In this document: positions 51,899 to 62,200 of the stretch, piece after piece | Position numbering within the stretch: the first letter of the stretch is position 1 | How the letters are laid out: every line of letters begins with the position of its first letter | Source of the DNA: a virus | Reading direction: 5' to 3' (one strand) | Virus record (IMG/VR): IMGVR_UViG_3300013131_000002 | Coordinates: 1-64,000 of that record | Length of the DNA stretch: 64,000 bases | The notes under the pieces: model-generated | The model's database searches: none | What the model was told of the DNA's origin: nothing | The model's input: only the letters and a program-made list of their open reading frames with translations | Made by a program: the position numbers and the translations under genes

Positions 51899-54800
51899 TT
51901 ATTTAATTCTTAGTTTTGGTCGTTTTGTCAATTCTCCTAGACGAGATGTGTATTGACGAGCCCCACCTAGCTTTTGTTGGTTTTGAGTTGTATTGGTTTG
52001 AGCCTGTCCATTAAACTGATCTGCTACAATTCCTCTATCTCCATAGAATAGTTTAGAATATCCGGCAGCCATGTTACGAAGATCAGTTTCAGTTTTTCCA
52101 TACATTGGAGAACGTTTGTTCTTAGCTTCTTTTTGAAGTTGCTCATACAAAGTAAAACGGTCATATGATCCTGTTTCATCCATTGCTTTTGCTAAACGTT
52201 CATTAGCTTTAAACATACGATCGTCTTTAACAATTCCTGTAATTCTAGTTGCAGCTGCATCTAAAGTTCCTAAGATCTCTTCACGTTTATATTTCTTCTC
52301 AGCAATTCTCATATCAGCATTAACCATCTGTCTTTTCTGCTCGTTCTCTACATTGAACATACTAGCTTGCATTCCAAGTTTAGCTTCTTCAGCAGCTAAC
52401 TGCTTATTAGAGTCTTGCTCTTGTTTAGCAATCTTAAGCATTTGCTCATTAGTCTTACCAGCAGTAGCAATCATTGCAGATATAGATCCAGGACCCATGT
52501 TCTGATTTTGGATAGCTGTATTCAATGCTACTTGACTAGCTGTAGCAGATGCTCTCTCTTGGTTAAGATTAACACGTGGCATAAGTGGCCCAGTAATTCC
52601 AGGAGAACCAGGTATTCCAGGATCCTTTTTGTATGGGTTAAGCATAGCATATCCTACAGGAACAAGTTGAAGCAATCCTGGAAGTCTGAATTCTTCTTTA
52701 GGTTTCCAGTCTTCTAATTTTATACAGTTACCTTGATCATCAAGATAGTGTCCAGGAGGACATGGTTTTCTTTCAGGAACATTTGGTTCACATTTTTGAG
52801 TAGCTTCGTTCCAAGTAGTTCCAGGAGGGCAGTCATGTTTAGGAATAGTCCCAGGAGGAGGTGGTGGTGTTGGCTTACCCGAATAATTAAGTCTCTGTCC
52901 AAGTGTTGTATTAGTACTGTAATTGTCAATACCAGATACAGTTCCAAATACCTCGTCATTAACTCCAGTTTGATTAGCAGCATATCCTTCGTACTTATCA
53001 GTATTCATTAACTGATTGTATGCAATGTAAGCAGCTTGACCTTTATAGCCACTTTCCCAGTTTAAATCATCTAACTCTGGATGATCATCTGCAAATTTAG
53101 CTGCTTCCGTATTTGTAGTATTACCTCTAGCTGCAGCATTTTGTGAACTTTTAGATGGTTCAAAACCAAAAGCTTCTAATCGAGCATTTCTTTCTTCTTG
53201 AGCAAGGAGTTCATTGATGATGTCGTCTTCATTCATTGAACTCAAATCCTTATAGTACTTGTTTTTGAATGCTTGTTTAGTACCAGATTTTTTTCCAGTA
53301 TAACTAGCTTGATCTTCAATTACTTTTTTATACTGTGCTGCTAAGTCTGCTTTTAAATCAGGGTCAGCTAGAATTTTTTGTTTAGCATCTTGGAAAGCAT
53401 TGTATGCTTCTTGATTACCATTCCACTTTTTAAGTTCATCATTATTTGCAGGTTGACCTGGCTGACCTGTAGGTGCAGGAATATCATCAACAATATTTCC
53501 AGTAGTTTCATCTATCTTCTTTCCTGCAGGTACTCTATAACCACCTTGGCCATCTGGTTCATATCCTTTATCAAGCCATAGTTTATCTATGTAATCGTCT
53601 TCAGCAGCAGGTTCTTCTTCTTTTTTCTTCTCCTCTTCAGCAAGTTTATTAACAGTATTGTTTTGAGCTTGCATTTCTTTCTCATTGTACACTCCTTCTC
53701 CAATACCTCCAGGACCTACGTTATCTAGTATTTTTGATAACTGCTCTTGAGAGCTTCCTGATTTAGAATCTCCTTTTTTAAATTTTTCTCTATCCTCTTT
53801 TCTTGGGGCTATCTCTTCTCCTTCAGATCCTTTGGTTTCAATATCCCTTACAGCCATACCATGATCTGGATAATCTTCTCCAAATATTTTTTTAGAAATA
53901 CCCTCAACTTTTTTAGAATATTCTGCATAAGCTTCCTGATGTTTTGAATTCCTGCCTATATCCCACCAATACTTCCCATATTTATCAGTAATTTCATTTG
54001 TAATCTCCCCTTCTTTTTCTTTCCATTCTTTAGGAACACATCTAGCTAGATGTTTGTCAGTAGTGAAGTTATAGACAGGTACATACCCTTCAGGACAAGC
54101 AGAAGGTTTATCAGCACCACCTTTCTTGAATAGCATTTGGCCACCAAGTCTATATGCTTTTTCTCCAGCACTTACTTCATCTGGGTTTCTACCAGCAGCT
54201 TGTTCTTGTAACTTAGCAAGTTCTTGAAGTTTAGCATTGATGATTCTTTTAGGAAGTCCTGATTTTAGAATCTCTTCATGTTTCTGAGCAAAGGTTTTAT
54301 TTCCAATTTTTAAGAATGAAGAGAAGAAGTAATCATTCTTCTTACCGTTCTTCATCTTCATACCTTTCTGCATAGTCTCGTCTCCTTCTACTTCAGTATA
54401 TGGATCAAGATCTATTCCACCTGTTTCGTGTTTACGTCCTATAAATTTAACTGCATCTTTTCCCATAGGGACAATCTTTCCCCCTGGAACTTTCTTAACA
54501 CCACCTGTTCTAGCATACTGAGTTCCCATGTTTTGACCATAGGCAGTAGTGTTATCATTATTCATATTGGTAGATGAGTTCAAACCAAATCCAGTATTCA
54601 TAGTAGATATTCTAGATTTTTCTAATGCAGATAGATAAGCAGCTCTAGTCATTCTATCTTGTCTTTGAATGTCTTTAGCTTCTTGTTTAGTAGCTTTATT
54701 TTCTTGAACACCTTTATATATTCCTACACCGGCACCTATCACACCTCCTACTAATCCTCCTACAACATTACCAACTCCTGGTATAACAGAACCTGCCATA

Positions 54801-55612
54801 GCCCCATAACCAAACCCAGCTCCAAATCCTTTAAATCCTTCCCCAACTGTATTTCCAGTAAGTTCTTTTTGAGTAGCTGTTGCTGCATTTTTATCATCTG
54901 TAGCTCTCTCTGTTATCATTCCGATTCCAGTTGCTGCTACTCCAATACCTGCAGTTGCTAATCCAGACATATTTGCTGTTAGCAATCCACCTGTACTCGA
55001 TCCTGCAGCACTTGCTCCTGTGCTAGCAACGTTAGCTGCTCCTGTAATTGGAGCTCCCCCAACTGTAGACATTGTTGGTGCAGCTTGTCCAACTACCATT
55101 TGAGTTGCTGGGCTACCCCCTGCACTAGTAAAAACTGGGTTAACTGTAGTAGCACCTACTTGTCCAATACTTGCAGCTGTAGGAGCACTAGCAGAGAGAC
55201 CAGTTGGGGCCCAAGTCGGAGTCGTGTTAACAGCATTTGCTCCGACTTCTGTCATAGCATTTACTCCTGCAATAGGGGTATTAGGATTCTTTAATAAGAA
55301 TTTACCAAAGTTTCCAGCTTTAGCATCTTTAGCAGCAGCTGATCCTAATGTTTGTAATGAGTTTTGAACAGCATCTTTTTTCTGCTGCTTAAGCATTTCC
55401 TCTTCACGTTTCTTTTTTTCCTTGGCTTGCTTAGCTAAATAGTCTGCTTGTTCTGCAGCATTTGCAAATTCCTGTTGAGCATTCTCTTCCTCTACTTGGC
55501 CTATGTAATAAGGATTTTGTCTAGACATTGCTACAGATCCAGAGTTGAATCCAGCTAATGCATACTTCTTTTGTATTTTCTTTAGAGGTTTTCTATTATT
55601 TGATTTGGCCAT
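51899..55612 (-). CDS. Cargo protein (C1-like) with Gly-zipper TM region
   Basis: 1237 aa; GAMAGSVIPGVGNVVGGLVGGVIGAG, GRKHETGGI..EVEGDE motif, xxGG repeats. Confidence 0.7.
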   Translation of the reverse strand: MAKSNNRKPLKKIQKKYALAGFNSGSVAMSRQNPYYIGQVEEENAQQEFANAAEQADYLAKQAKEKKKREEEMLKQQKKDAVQNSLQTLGSAAAKDAKAGNFGKFLLKNPNTPIAGVNAMTEVGANAVNTTPTWAPTGLSASAPTAASIGQVGATTVNPVFTSAGGSPATQMVVGQAAPTMSTVGGAPITGAANVASTGASAAGSSTGGLLTANMSGLATAGIGVAATGIGMITERATDDKNAATATQKELTGNTVGEGFKGFGAGFGYGAMAGSVIPGVGNVVGGLVGGVIGAGVGIYKGVQENKATKQEAKDIQRQDRMTRAAYLSALEKSRISTMNTGFGLNSSTNMNNDNTTAYGQNMGTQYARTGGVKKVPGGKIVPMGKDAVKFIGRKHETGGIDLDPYTEVEGDETMQKGMKMKNGKKNDYFFSSFLKIGNKTFAQKHEEILKSGLPKRIINAKLQELAKLQEQAAGRNPDEVSAGEKAYRLGGQMLFKKGGADKPSACPEGYVPVYNFTTDKHLARCVPKEWKEKEGEITNEITDKYGKYWWDIGRNSKHQEAYAEYSKKVEGISKKIFGEDYPDHGMAVRDIETKGSEGEEIAPRKEDREKFKKGDSKSGSSQEQLSKILDNVGPGGIGEGVYNEKEMQAQNNTVNKLAEEEKKKEEEPAAEDDYIDKLWLDKGYEPDGQGGYRVPAGKKIDETTGNIVDDIPAPTGQPGQPANNDELKKWNGNQEAYNAFQDAKQKILADPDLKADLAAQYKKVIEDQASYTGKKSGTKQAFKNKYYKDLSSMNEDDIINELLAQEERNARLEAFGFEPSKSSQNAAARGNTTNTEAAKFADDHPELDDLNWESGYKGQAAYIAYNQLMNTDKYEGYAANQTGVNDEVFGTVSGIDNYSTNTTLGQRLNYSGKPTPPPPPGTIPKHDCPPGTTWNEATQKCEPNVPERKPCPPGHYLDDQGNCIKLEDWKPKEEFRLPGLLQLVPVGYAMLNPYKKDPGIPGSPGITGPLMPRVNLNQERASATASQVALNTAIQNQNMGPGSISAMIATAGKTNEQMLKIAKQEQDSNKQLAAEEAKLGMQASMFNVENEQKRQMVNADMRIAEKKYKREEILGTLDAAATRITGIVKDDRMFKANERLAKAMDETGSYDRFTLYEQLQKEAKNKRSPMYGKTETDLRNMAAGYSKLFYGDRGIVADQFNGQAQTNTTQNQQKLGGARQYTSRLGELTKRPKLRIK

Positions 55613-55623
55613 TGTAGTCAGTT

Positions 55624-58600
55624 TTATCTATTCGATGCACGGTAGGTAGCCTTAGCCGTATACAAATTTATTAAATTTTGAGCTTGATTGTTAGAAATTA
55701 ATCTAACTGCAAGGAATTTGTCAACAAACTTTCTTTGCTCATGCCAAGGCTTAAGAGAAGAAATATAATATGGATTAACTACTCCTTCAGACAAGAACAT
55801 AGGTCTGTCAGTTACGGGTACTACTGTTCCATTGTAGTAGTCATCTTGTACGTTAACTTGTCCTTGCTGCATAGACGTATTAAGTATAGTTCCAGACATA
55901 TCTCTAAAGTCATTAGTAAACCAAGAGTTATCTACTTTTCTAATGTTAGACAAGTACTTTATGTCTTTAATTCCAGAGTGCTGTGAAGTATTGTAAACAT
56001 AGAAGCTTGTGAACCCGGTATGGAACTGATTTATATTCCTTAATGAGTTTCCAGGATCTCTTTTAAAAGTATCTATTACGTATGAAATAGCTCCGAAGAT
56101 TTTATTCAACGTTTTTGTAGACGAGACAGCACCCGTGGTACTCGAAGTAGTCTCTCCAGTATAAATATACTCAAATTCAAAATTATAAATGTTCCCGTAA
56201 AAAGTACAAGGATTATTATAGTTATCATGAGCATAGAAATTTTGGCTATTGCTAGGATCAAAGCTATAGAAGTGTTTCGTATTGAAAGCATATAATGGTG
56301 GTATGTAAGAATGTCTACTAGCCCAAACTCCAAAGTCTAAAGATAAAGATATTGTCCATCCAGATCTTTTAAACCAGACTCCTTCTTCAATTGTTATTAC
56401 TCTTTTAGGATCTTTGTAGTAGTAGAATCCTTGTGGGGTAACTGTTACATCCCCTCTAGCTATTAATAATAGAAAAGTATCAGTTGGAACTAACTCTCGT
56501 TTTGTTACAATAATTCTCTTAAGAGCTGGGTCATAAGTAGAAGTAAATCCAAATCTTCCAGTAGGAGCATCTAAGTTAATACCTTGTGCCTCAAGACTAA
56601 CTCCCATATTTTCAATTTCAAATGGAATGTTCTCACGAGACCATGTAGATAATCCAACTGCAGATAAGTCTGTAACTTGCTGACCAACCATAAACATCTT
56701 TCTAGAATCTCTTGCTAAAAAGAAATAACCGTCTTTAGTTACAAGAGAGGTCATTCTATTTTGTAGCCCTAGATATCCTTCAGAAGATTGTACGAATTCA
56801 TCAGGTTCTTGTGCAAACAGATCTCCAGATCCAATGTATGCTTGAGTAGTATCTCCAAGTTCCATTGTCTGTTTACCTTTAGTTCTGAACAAACTCTTTT
56901 CAGTATGGATGTATAACAAACTCTCTAAGTTAAAGATGTTTGTAATAGCTCCTTTATTCTGTCCAAAGTCTCTATACTCAAGTGCTGTAAAGTATCTGTA
57001 AGTATCATTGAAGTTACCGTCTTGAACTAAAGATCTGATTACTCTATTAGGATATAGATTTGTAGACTTCTCTTTCTTTGGGTATGGGATACTAACTCTT
57101 TTGTCTTGCAATGCAGAGTATTGATCTTCATAAAGAAGATTGTCCATTTTACTTAAATCATGTAATGGAGATTTGTATATAATATCTGCAGCTGTGTATT
57201 TATCAAAGTATACACTATCTACTATACCCACTCCTTTTTCAACATCTCCAGCATGACGGAAATTAATATTATCATCTGACTCAACTATATACTGATATAC
57301 TGAAGATATTATAGCAGTAGATCCTCTTTGCCAGTTGTTTTCATTATTGATGGTATCCTTTCTTTCTTGCTCATTACCACTCATTATGACATTGTTGGCT
57401 GTATAACCTGTAGATATTTCAAATGGAATATCTCCATATATAGTACCAAGTGTACCAGTTAATAGATAAGGTAAGATACCTACTTGTTGATTAGATCCAC
57501 TTTTTAAATATGTAAATGCAAAACTTTGAGACGTTGATCTATACCCATATCTGCATAAGTAAGTATCCCCTCCAAAAAATGTATCACTAGATGCACCAGT
57601 ATAATAATTACTTCTACCATCTGAGGATAATCCGGTAGTAAGATTAACATCTAAAGTAGATTTATAATATCCAGTGGACACTAAAGACTGTTGGTCAAAT
57701 GGTTCAAACACATCTGTTTTAGCAGAGCATAAATTTGCAAGGTATGTATTTGGAGCACCTGCTGGTTTGTACATAGTTCCACTCCATGTAAAAGAACATC
57801 CAAGTCCAAAAACATTGCAATTTCCTACATCTCCGTCTTGTAATACTTGAAGAGTAATGTCTCCATTATTTACTCCAGGGTTTCCTGCTCCATTATAACC
57901 TAAAGCTATAAGTTGATTTTCTACAGCTAAAAAGAATGGAGTTTTTCCACCAGTAGTTTGATAGTTAGTCATAGCAGTTAGTTTAGCTCCTATTCCAATA
58001 CTATCTACATAAACACTTACTCCGTATGGTACCCCACCTATCACTCTATTTAAAGATGTTCCACCATCTGCACGTATCCAATCAGATGCTTTATAGCCTG
58101 CTAGTGGGGGAATACCAGAAGTCAATCCTAATGCAATAGCACTTTCTCCACTATTATTGATTAAGTATGTAGCTCCTTTAAATCCTGTAGCAGATGCATT
58201 TTTAAAGAATGTAAGTCCAGCTAAATATGTGGCACTGTCTGGATCTATTGCAAATACACTTTGATATGTCCCTAAATTTTCTTGAGTTCCTTTGTGCCCA
58301 CCTTCTGAATATCCAACATCAATTCCAGTTCTTCCAACTTCATGATAAGCTGCAGCTATTAATAAACTTCCGTTTAATCCATCTACACCTCTTACATCAT
58401 AGTTATCACTAGTAGAGTCTTCTTCAAAATTTATTGTATTCCCTAAGTCTGGATGTATCCATGCATGCTCATCATCTCCATTACCTGCTCTAAATCCTTC
58501 ATAGAATCCTGAGTCAGTATTGTAGTTAGTGGCCCCTCTAAATCCTCCTCTCCATAATTGCATTGTTACCACATATTGCAAATCAATGTGTGTAGCTGTA

Positions 58601-60801
58601 GCAAGTGTGTGCTTCTTACGAAGGAGATTAAAATCATGGAACTTAAATACACTTTGAAGCATCTGATCTTTATATCCTGACCAAGGTGTAAATGGGCTGT
58701 ATACACTATCTGTAGTATGTGTACCTACCATATAATACAAGTTATGATATGGACCAAATGCAGCATCAGATCGTTTTAAAGATAGATTAGCTGCTAAGAA
58801 TAATGATGCAGGGTGTAAACCACTTTGTCCTATAATAGTTTTATTGGCTTGGGTTCTCTTTGCATAATAAACTTTATACCCTTGTATCTGCTGAAGTATA
58901 AATTTAGGGATACGAATATTTGATAATGCTACCCCTAATATTCTAACAGACTCTTCAAATACTACAGAGTTTCCACTAATTGTTACATTTGGAGTACTGT
59001 AATCTGTATTTGGAATTACGTGTGAATATAGTACATTATGATTAGATGGCATTTTATGGTGCCTAACATTCTTACCACGAAGTGTTCCTACTTGTACAGG
59101 TGTCCCTACTGAATCAGTTTCCCATATATCAAAGTCATCTGTATTTGGGTAGAGTTCATTTTGATTCTCCCAATACCCCATTGTAGATCCAGTAGCAATA
59201 CTTGTATCTAGATATTGGTATACTCTAGCATTTGGATCTCTTGCTGTTATTTCGTCTGGGTTAAAATCAGTTGGTACATTCATGTACAATGTTTCTCTTT
59301 CCCATTCTGGTTTCCAAACAGGACCACCTGTAGGAATTACATTTCTTCCAGGAATATGATATGCATATGTTTCACTTCCATCTTCTAATACGAATGAGAT
59401 GTAAAATGCATATACTTCACCACGACGATAAGTTTTCTTTTTGAACAGGTTTGTTTCTACATCTCTGTAACCTTTATTCCCTTTACTTTGAACTGGTGTT
59501 ACATACTGTAAAATATATTGTAAATCAGTATCTGACGATGTTAGATTAGCATGGTAGAGAGCTGCATAACCACTATTCAAATTAAATGCATCGTAGAATC
59601 TAGGATCGAAGGCTCCATTACCAGAAGCATCTTTTCCAATAGTTGCTACTTTTGCAGTTAATACAATTGAGTTTGCAAATCTTTGATACCCTAAATCTTT
59701 ACGTGCAGTTAAGTTTGCAGCATAAAGTTTATTGTCAAGTTGTGTAAGAGACTTTGCAGTTAAGTATCTTACCTTATCTATCACAGCAGCCTCTACTGAT
59801 GACTGTGCAGCATTTTCTAATCCACTGTATACGATAGATAGTTCTGTAGGAACTGCTGGATTAGTTGATCCAATTTCTAAAGGCTCTAGTTTGTAAACAA
59901 ATTCAGCTTCCCCAACTCTTTGTAATACATATGGGACTACATATTTATAGTCTGTATTTACAGATGTTAATTTCCATAGAATAGATTTATTAGTTTGAAA
60001 CTCATTTGGGGATCCACTAATAATTTCTCTAGGAATGTAGCTTTCTGGAGAAGGAACAATGTATACTGGATTAGATAATCCTAGTACATTTGTCTCAGTA
60101 AAATCTTTATCTGCATATGCTACTCCTAAGAAGTAGGTTCCACTTTCAATTCCTCCACCTTGTAATACCTTAACAGAGTCGAACTCCGGTATTCTTCCAG
60201 AGTCCATGAATAAATTTAGCATTCTAATGCTATTTGCATTAGCCCCTACTTGATACAAATCTGTGTATACTCCTGTAGTTTTTACTAAATTTAATTGTCT
60301 TGTTACATTTAAAATTCTTGGAGGATTGTACTCACTAATGTATTCAATATTAGTTTGAGGATTTTTAGATAATGTAAACTTATTATCTGTAAAGTATACA
60401 ATAGTTTCTCCTGTTGGGGATACTCTATATTCACCAGTTACAGGATACTCTTTGCTAAAGTTTAAATGTCCTTTAACAGATGTAGTTGTCGTGAGTAATA
60501 TTGCTTTGGATGTATGTAAGTTTGCATCTACATAGAATATGCAGGAAGCCCCCATTATAAGATTAACAGTAAATATTACAAAGTTGTCATTAGGAATTGC
60601 AATAACACCTACAGGTTCAAACTTACCTTTTTGAGAAGGCACAGATAATAGCACCTCCAAAGTAGTACCGAATTCATTGCTGATAGATCCTTTATTAATA
60701 TCCATCAAAGCATTAATTGCATCACGATAGGTACTATCGATCTGGTCCATAAGACCAGTATCTTTATTCATTCCTTTTACAAACTTAGTATCTTCTGCCA
60801 T
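55624..60801 (-). CDS. Tail muzzle/stabilisation protein
   Basis: 1725 aa; FVKGMNKD, YFTDN..NPPR, YRRGEVYAF, VRHHKMP, FGGDTYL, WASRHSYIP. Confidence 0.8.
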   Translation of the reverse strand: MAEDTKFVKGMNKDTGLMDQIDSTYRDAINALMDINKGSISNEFGTTLEVLLSVPSQKGKFEPVGVIAIPNDNFVIFTVNLIMGASCIFYVDANLHTSKAILLTTTTSVKGHLNFSKEYPVTGEYRVSPTGETIVYFTDNKFTLSKNPQTNIEYISEYNPPRILNVTRQLNLVKTTGVYTDLYQVGANANSIRMLNLFMDSGRIPEFDSVKVLQGGGIESGTYFLGVAYADKDFTETNVLGLSNPVYIVPSPESYIPREIISGSPNEFQTNKSILWKLTSVNTDYKYVVPYVLQRVGEAEFVYKLEPLEIGSTNPAVPTELSIVYSGLENAAQSSVEAAVIDKVRYLTAKSLTQLDNKLYAANLTARKDLGYQRFANSIVLTAKVATIGKDASGNGAFDPRFYDAFNLNSGYAALYHANLTSSDTDLQYILQYVTPVQSKGNKGYRDVETNLFKKKTYRRGEVYAFYISFVLEDGSETYAYHIPGRNVIPTGGPVWKPEWERETLYMNVPTDFNPDEITARDPNARVYQYLDTSIATGSTMGYWENQNELYPNTDDFDIWETDSVGTPVQVGTLRGKNVRHHKMPSNHNVLYSHVIPNTDYSTPNVTISGNSVVFEESVRILGVALSNIRIPKFILQQIQGYKVYYAKRTQANKTIIGQSGLHPASLFLAANLSLKRSDAAFGPYHNLYYMVGTHTTDSVYSPFTPWSGYKDQMLQSVFKFHDFNLLRKKHTLATATHIDLQYVVTMQLWRGGFRGATNYNTDSGFYEGFRAGNGDDEHAWIHPDLGNTINFEEDSTSDNYDVRGVDGLNGSLLIAAAYHEVGRTGIDVGYSEGGHKGTQENLGTYQSVFAIDPDSATYLAGLTFFKNASATGFKGATYLINNSGESAIALGLTSGIPPLAGYKASDWIRADGGTSLNRVIGGVPYGVSVYVDSIGIGAKLTAMTNYQTTGGKTPFFLAVENQLIALGYNGAGNPGVNNGDITLQVLQDGDVGNCNVFGLGCSFTWSGTMYKPAGAPNTYLANLCSAKTDVFEPFDQQSLVSTGYYKSTLDVNLTTGLSSDGRSNYYTGASSDTFFGGDTYLCRYGYRSTSQSFAFTYLKSGSNQQVGILPYLLTGTLGTIYGDIPFEISTGYTANNVIMSGNEQERKDTINNENNWQRGSTAIISSVYQYIVESDDNINFRHAGDVEKGVGIVDSVYFDKYTAADIIYKSPLHDLSKMDNLLYEDQYSALQDKRVSIPYPKKEKSTNLYPNRVIRSLVQDGNFNDTYRYFTALEYRDFGQNKGAITNIFNLESLLYIHTEKSLFRTKGKQTMELGDTTQAYIGSGDLFAQEPDEFVQSSEGYLGLQNRMTSLVTKDGYFFLARDSRKMFMVGQQVTDLSAVGLSTWSRENIPFEIENMGVSLEAQGINLDAPTGRFGFTSTYDPALKRIIVTKRELVPTDTFLLLIARGDVTVTPQGFYYYKDPKRVITIEEGVWFKRSGWTISLSLDFGVWASRHSYIPPLYAFNTKHFYSFDPSNSQNFYAHDNYNNPCTFYGNIYNFEFEYIYTGETTSSTTGAVSSTKTLNKIFGAISYVIDTFKRDPGNSLRNINQFHTGFTSFYVYNTSQHSGIKDIKYLSNIRKVDNSWFTNDFRDMSGTILNTSMQQGQVNVQDDYYNGTVVPVTDRPMFLSEGVVNPYYISSLKPWHEQRKFVDKFLAVRLISNNQAQNLINLYTAKATYRASNR

Positions 60802-60811
60802 TTGTCAAATA

Positions 60812-61705
60812 TTAATAGTATCCTCTACCGTATGATCCTCTGTTTAATTCTTCTCTTGTTCCTAAGTTTTCAAAGAAGTTTGCATGTCTATTGATGTTTG
60901 GAACAAGTCTAACCCATTGATTCATGAATGATTCATATTTATCAATGCTTGGGAAGTTAGCTTGGTTACGTGCTTGTGTGCAATAGTATTTCCATTTAGC
61001 ATCAGCAAAATCGTATCCAATTCCATTCATAGATGGGGTATATCCCCCAAGTAACATTTGCTTGTAAATGTACCAGAACATAGCTTCTTTGTAACTAATG
61101 TCATCTGGTACCATTGGATAACAGTCATCATCTAATGGGAAAGCTGTATAACTTAAACATACTTGACCAGTTTCAAATGATGTTTTAATATAGTCCCCAT
61201 CAACTGTGTAAGTTTCTTTTGACTTAGCAAATTGGTTTGAACATTCCTCACAGTGAATATGTGCTGGGAATGTGCTGGTACCATATTGAAGTGGAGTAAG
61301 TGGATTGGCAGAATTTAAGTATAGGTTTTCTAATACTCTCATTCTTGCATTTAAATCCCGTAACTCGTAGTTATAAGTAATCTTATCACCAGGATCAGCA
61401 ATGACTTGTGCATTAAGTTGATCTATTTTTGCAATGAGTTCTGTGAATTCATTAGCAGTAGATGGACTTACAGCATTATTGATAGCAACTTGATTTATAA
61501 AGTACAAGTCAAGTGGAAGTAATGCCTTGAAATTATTTACTTGTAGTACACACCCTTTTGTTAAAAGTTGTGGAGTAGAACCAATATGTTCAAGAGCTTC
61601 TCCTGTCCATTCTACTGCATCATCGATCCAGTTATCTCCGGGAGGTTTTAAGTCCCTCATAACCTTACGTATGATTGCTTTACTTGATATGAGTTTATAA
61701 ATCAT
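60812..61705 (-). CDS. Tail ring (tubular/adaptor) protein
   Basis: EWTGEALEHIG, YIKTSFETGQV.LSY, PMVPD; precedes the muzzle gene as in crAss phages. Confidence 0.75.
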   Translation of the reverse strand: MIYKLISSKAIIRKVMRDLKPPGDNWIDDAVEWTGEALEHIGSTPQLLTKGCVLQVNNFKALLPLDLYFINQVAINNAVSPSTANEFTELIAKIDQLNAQVIADPGDKITYNYELRDLNARMRVLENLYLNSANPLTPLQYGTSTFPAHIHCEECSNQFAKSKETYTVDGDYIKTSFETGQVCLSYTAFPLDDDCYPMVPDDISYKEAMFWYIYKQMLLGGYTPSMNGIGYDFADAKWKYYCTQARNQANFPSIDKYESFMNQWVRLVPNINRHANFFENLGTREELNRGSYGRGYY

Positions 61706-62196
61706 TTTCTAGAGTATTTTTTAAATCTTAGATAAGCTATATCGTTAGATTTTAATAAAGCAATAAGTTTCTCTTTGTTTCCTTTTACACCTCTAGTAGC
61801 ATCAAATCTATAAGCTGTTTTGTTTTTAACTTTAGCTTTGCTTTTTGTCCAATGATATTTACAGTAGTATTTATCAGTGTAGTATATATGCCACTTCTCT
61901 CCCTTGCCTGTTACACTATCGTACAACTCTACTCCAGAATCTATCAGTTCTTGTTTGTATTTTGCAGTTTCAGCCCAGTCAACAGTAAGTTTTCTTGGGT
62001 CTCTTGCTACTCTACGAATCGATAATGTTCCGAGGTTACTTTGCATGTTGAACTCATACCCGTCAAGGAGAGCTTCAACTATTGCTAGATTAAACTCGGA
62101 ACATATATCAGAAAACGTATTACAATCAATCTCTTCTTCGGTTTCTTTTAGGTAGTCTTTATGTACGGCTTTTATTGTATGTGATTTGGTTTGCAT
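61702..62196 (-). CDS. Second IHF/HU-like protein
   Basis: LLDGYEFNMQSNLGTLSIRR...VDWAET motif of crAss IHF-like proteins. Confidence 0.7.
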   Translation of the reverse strand: MQTKSHTIKAVHKDYLKETEEEIDCNTFSDICSEFNLAIVEALLDGYEFNMQSNLGTLSIRRVARDPRKLTVDWAETAKYKQELIDSGVELYDSVTGKGEKWHIYYTDKYYCKYHWTKSKAKVKNKTAYRFDATRGVKGNKEKLIALLKSNDIAYLRFKKYSRK

Positions 62197-62200
62197 TCAA

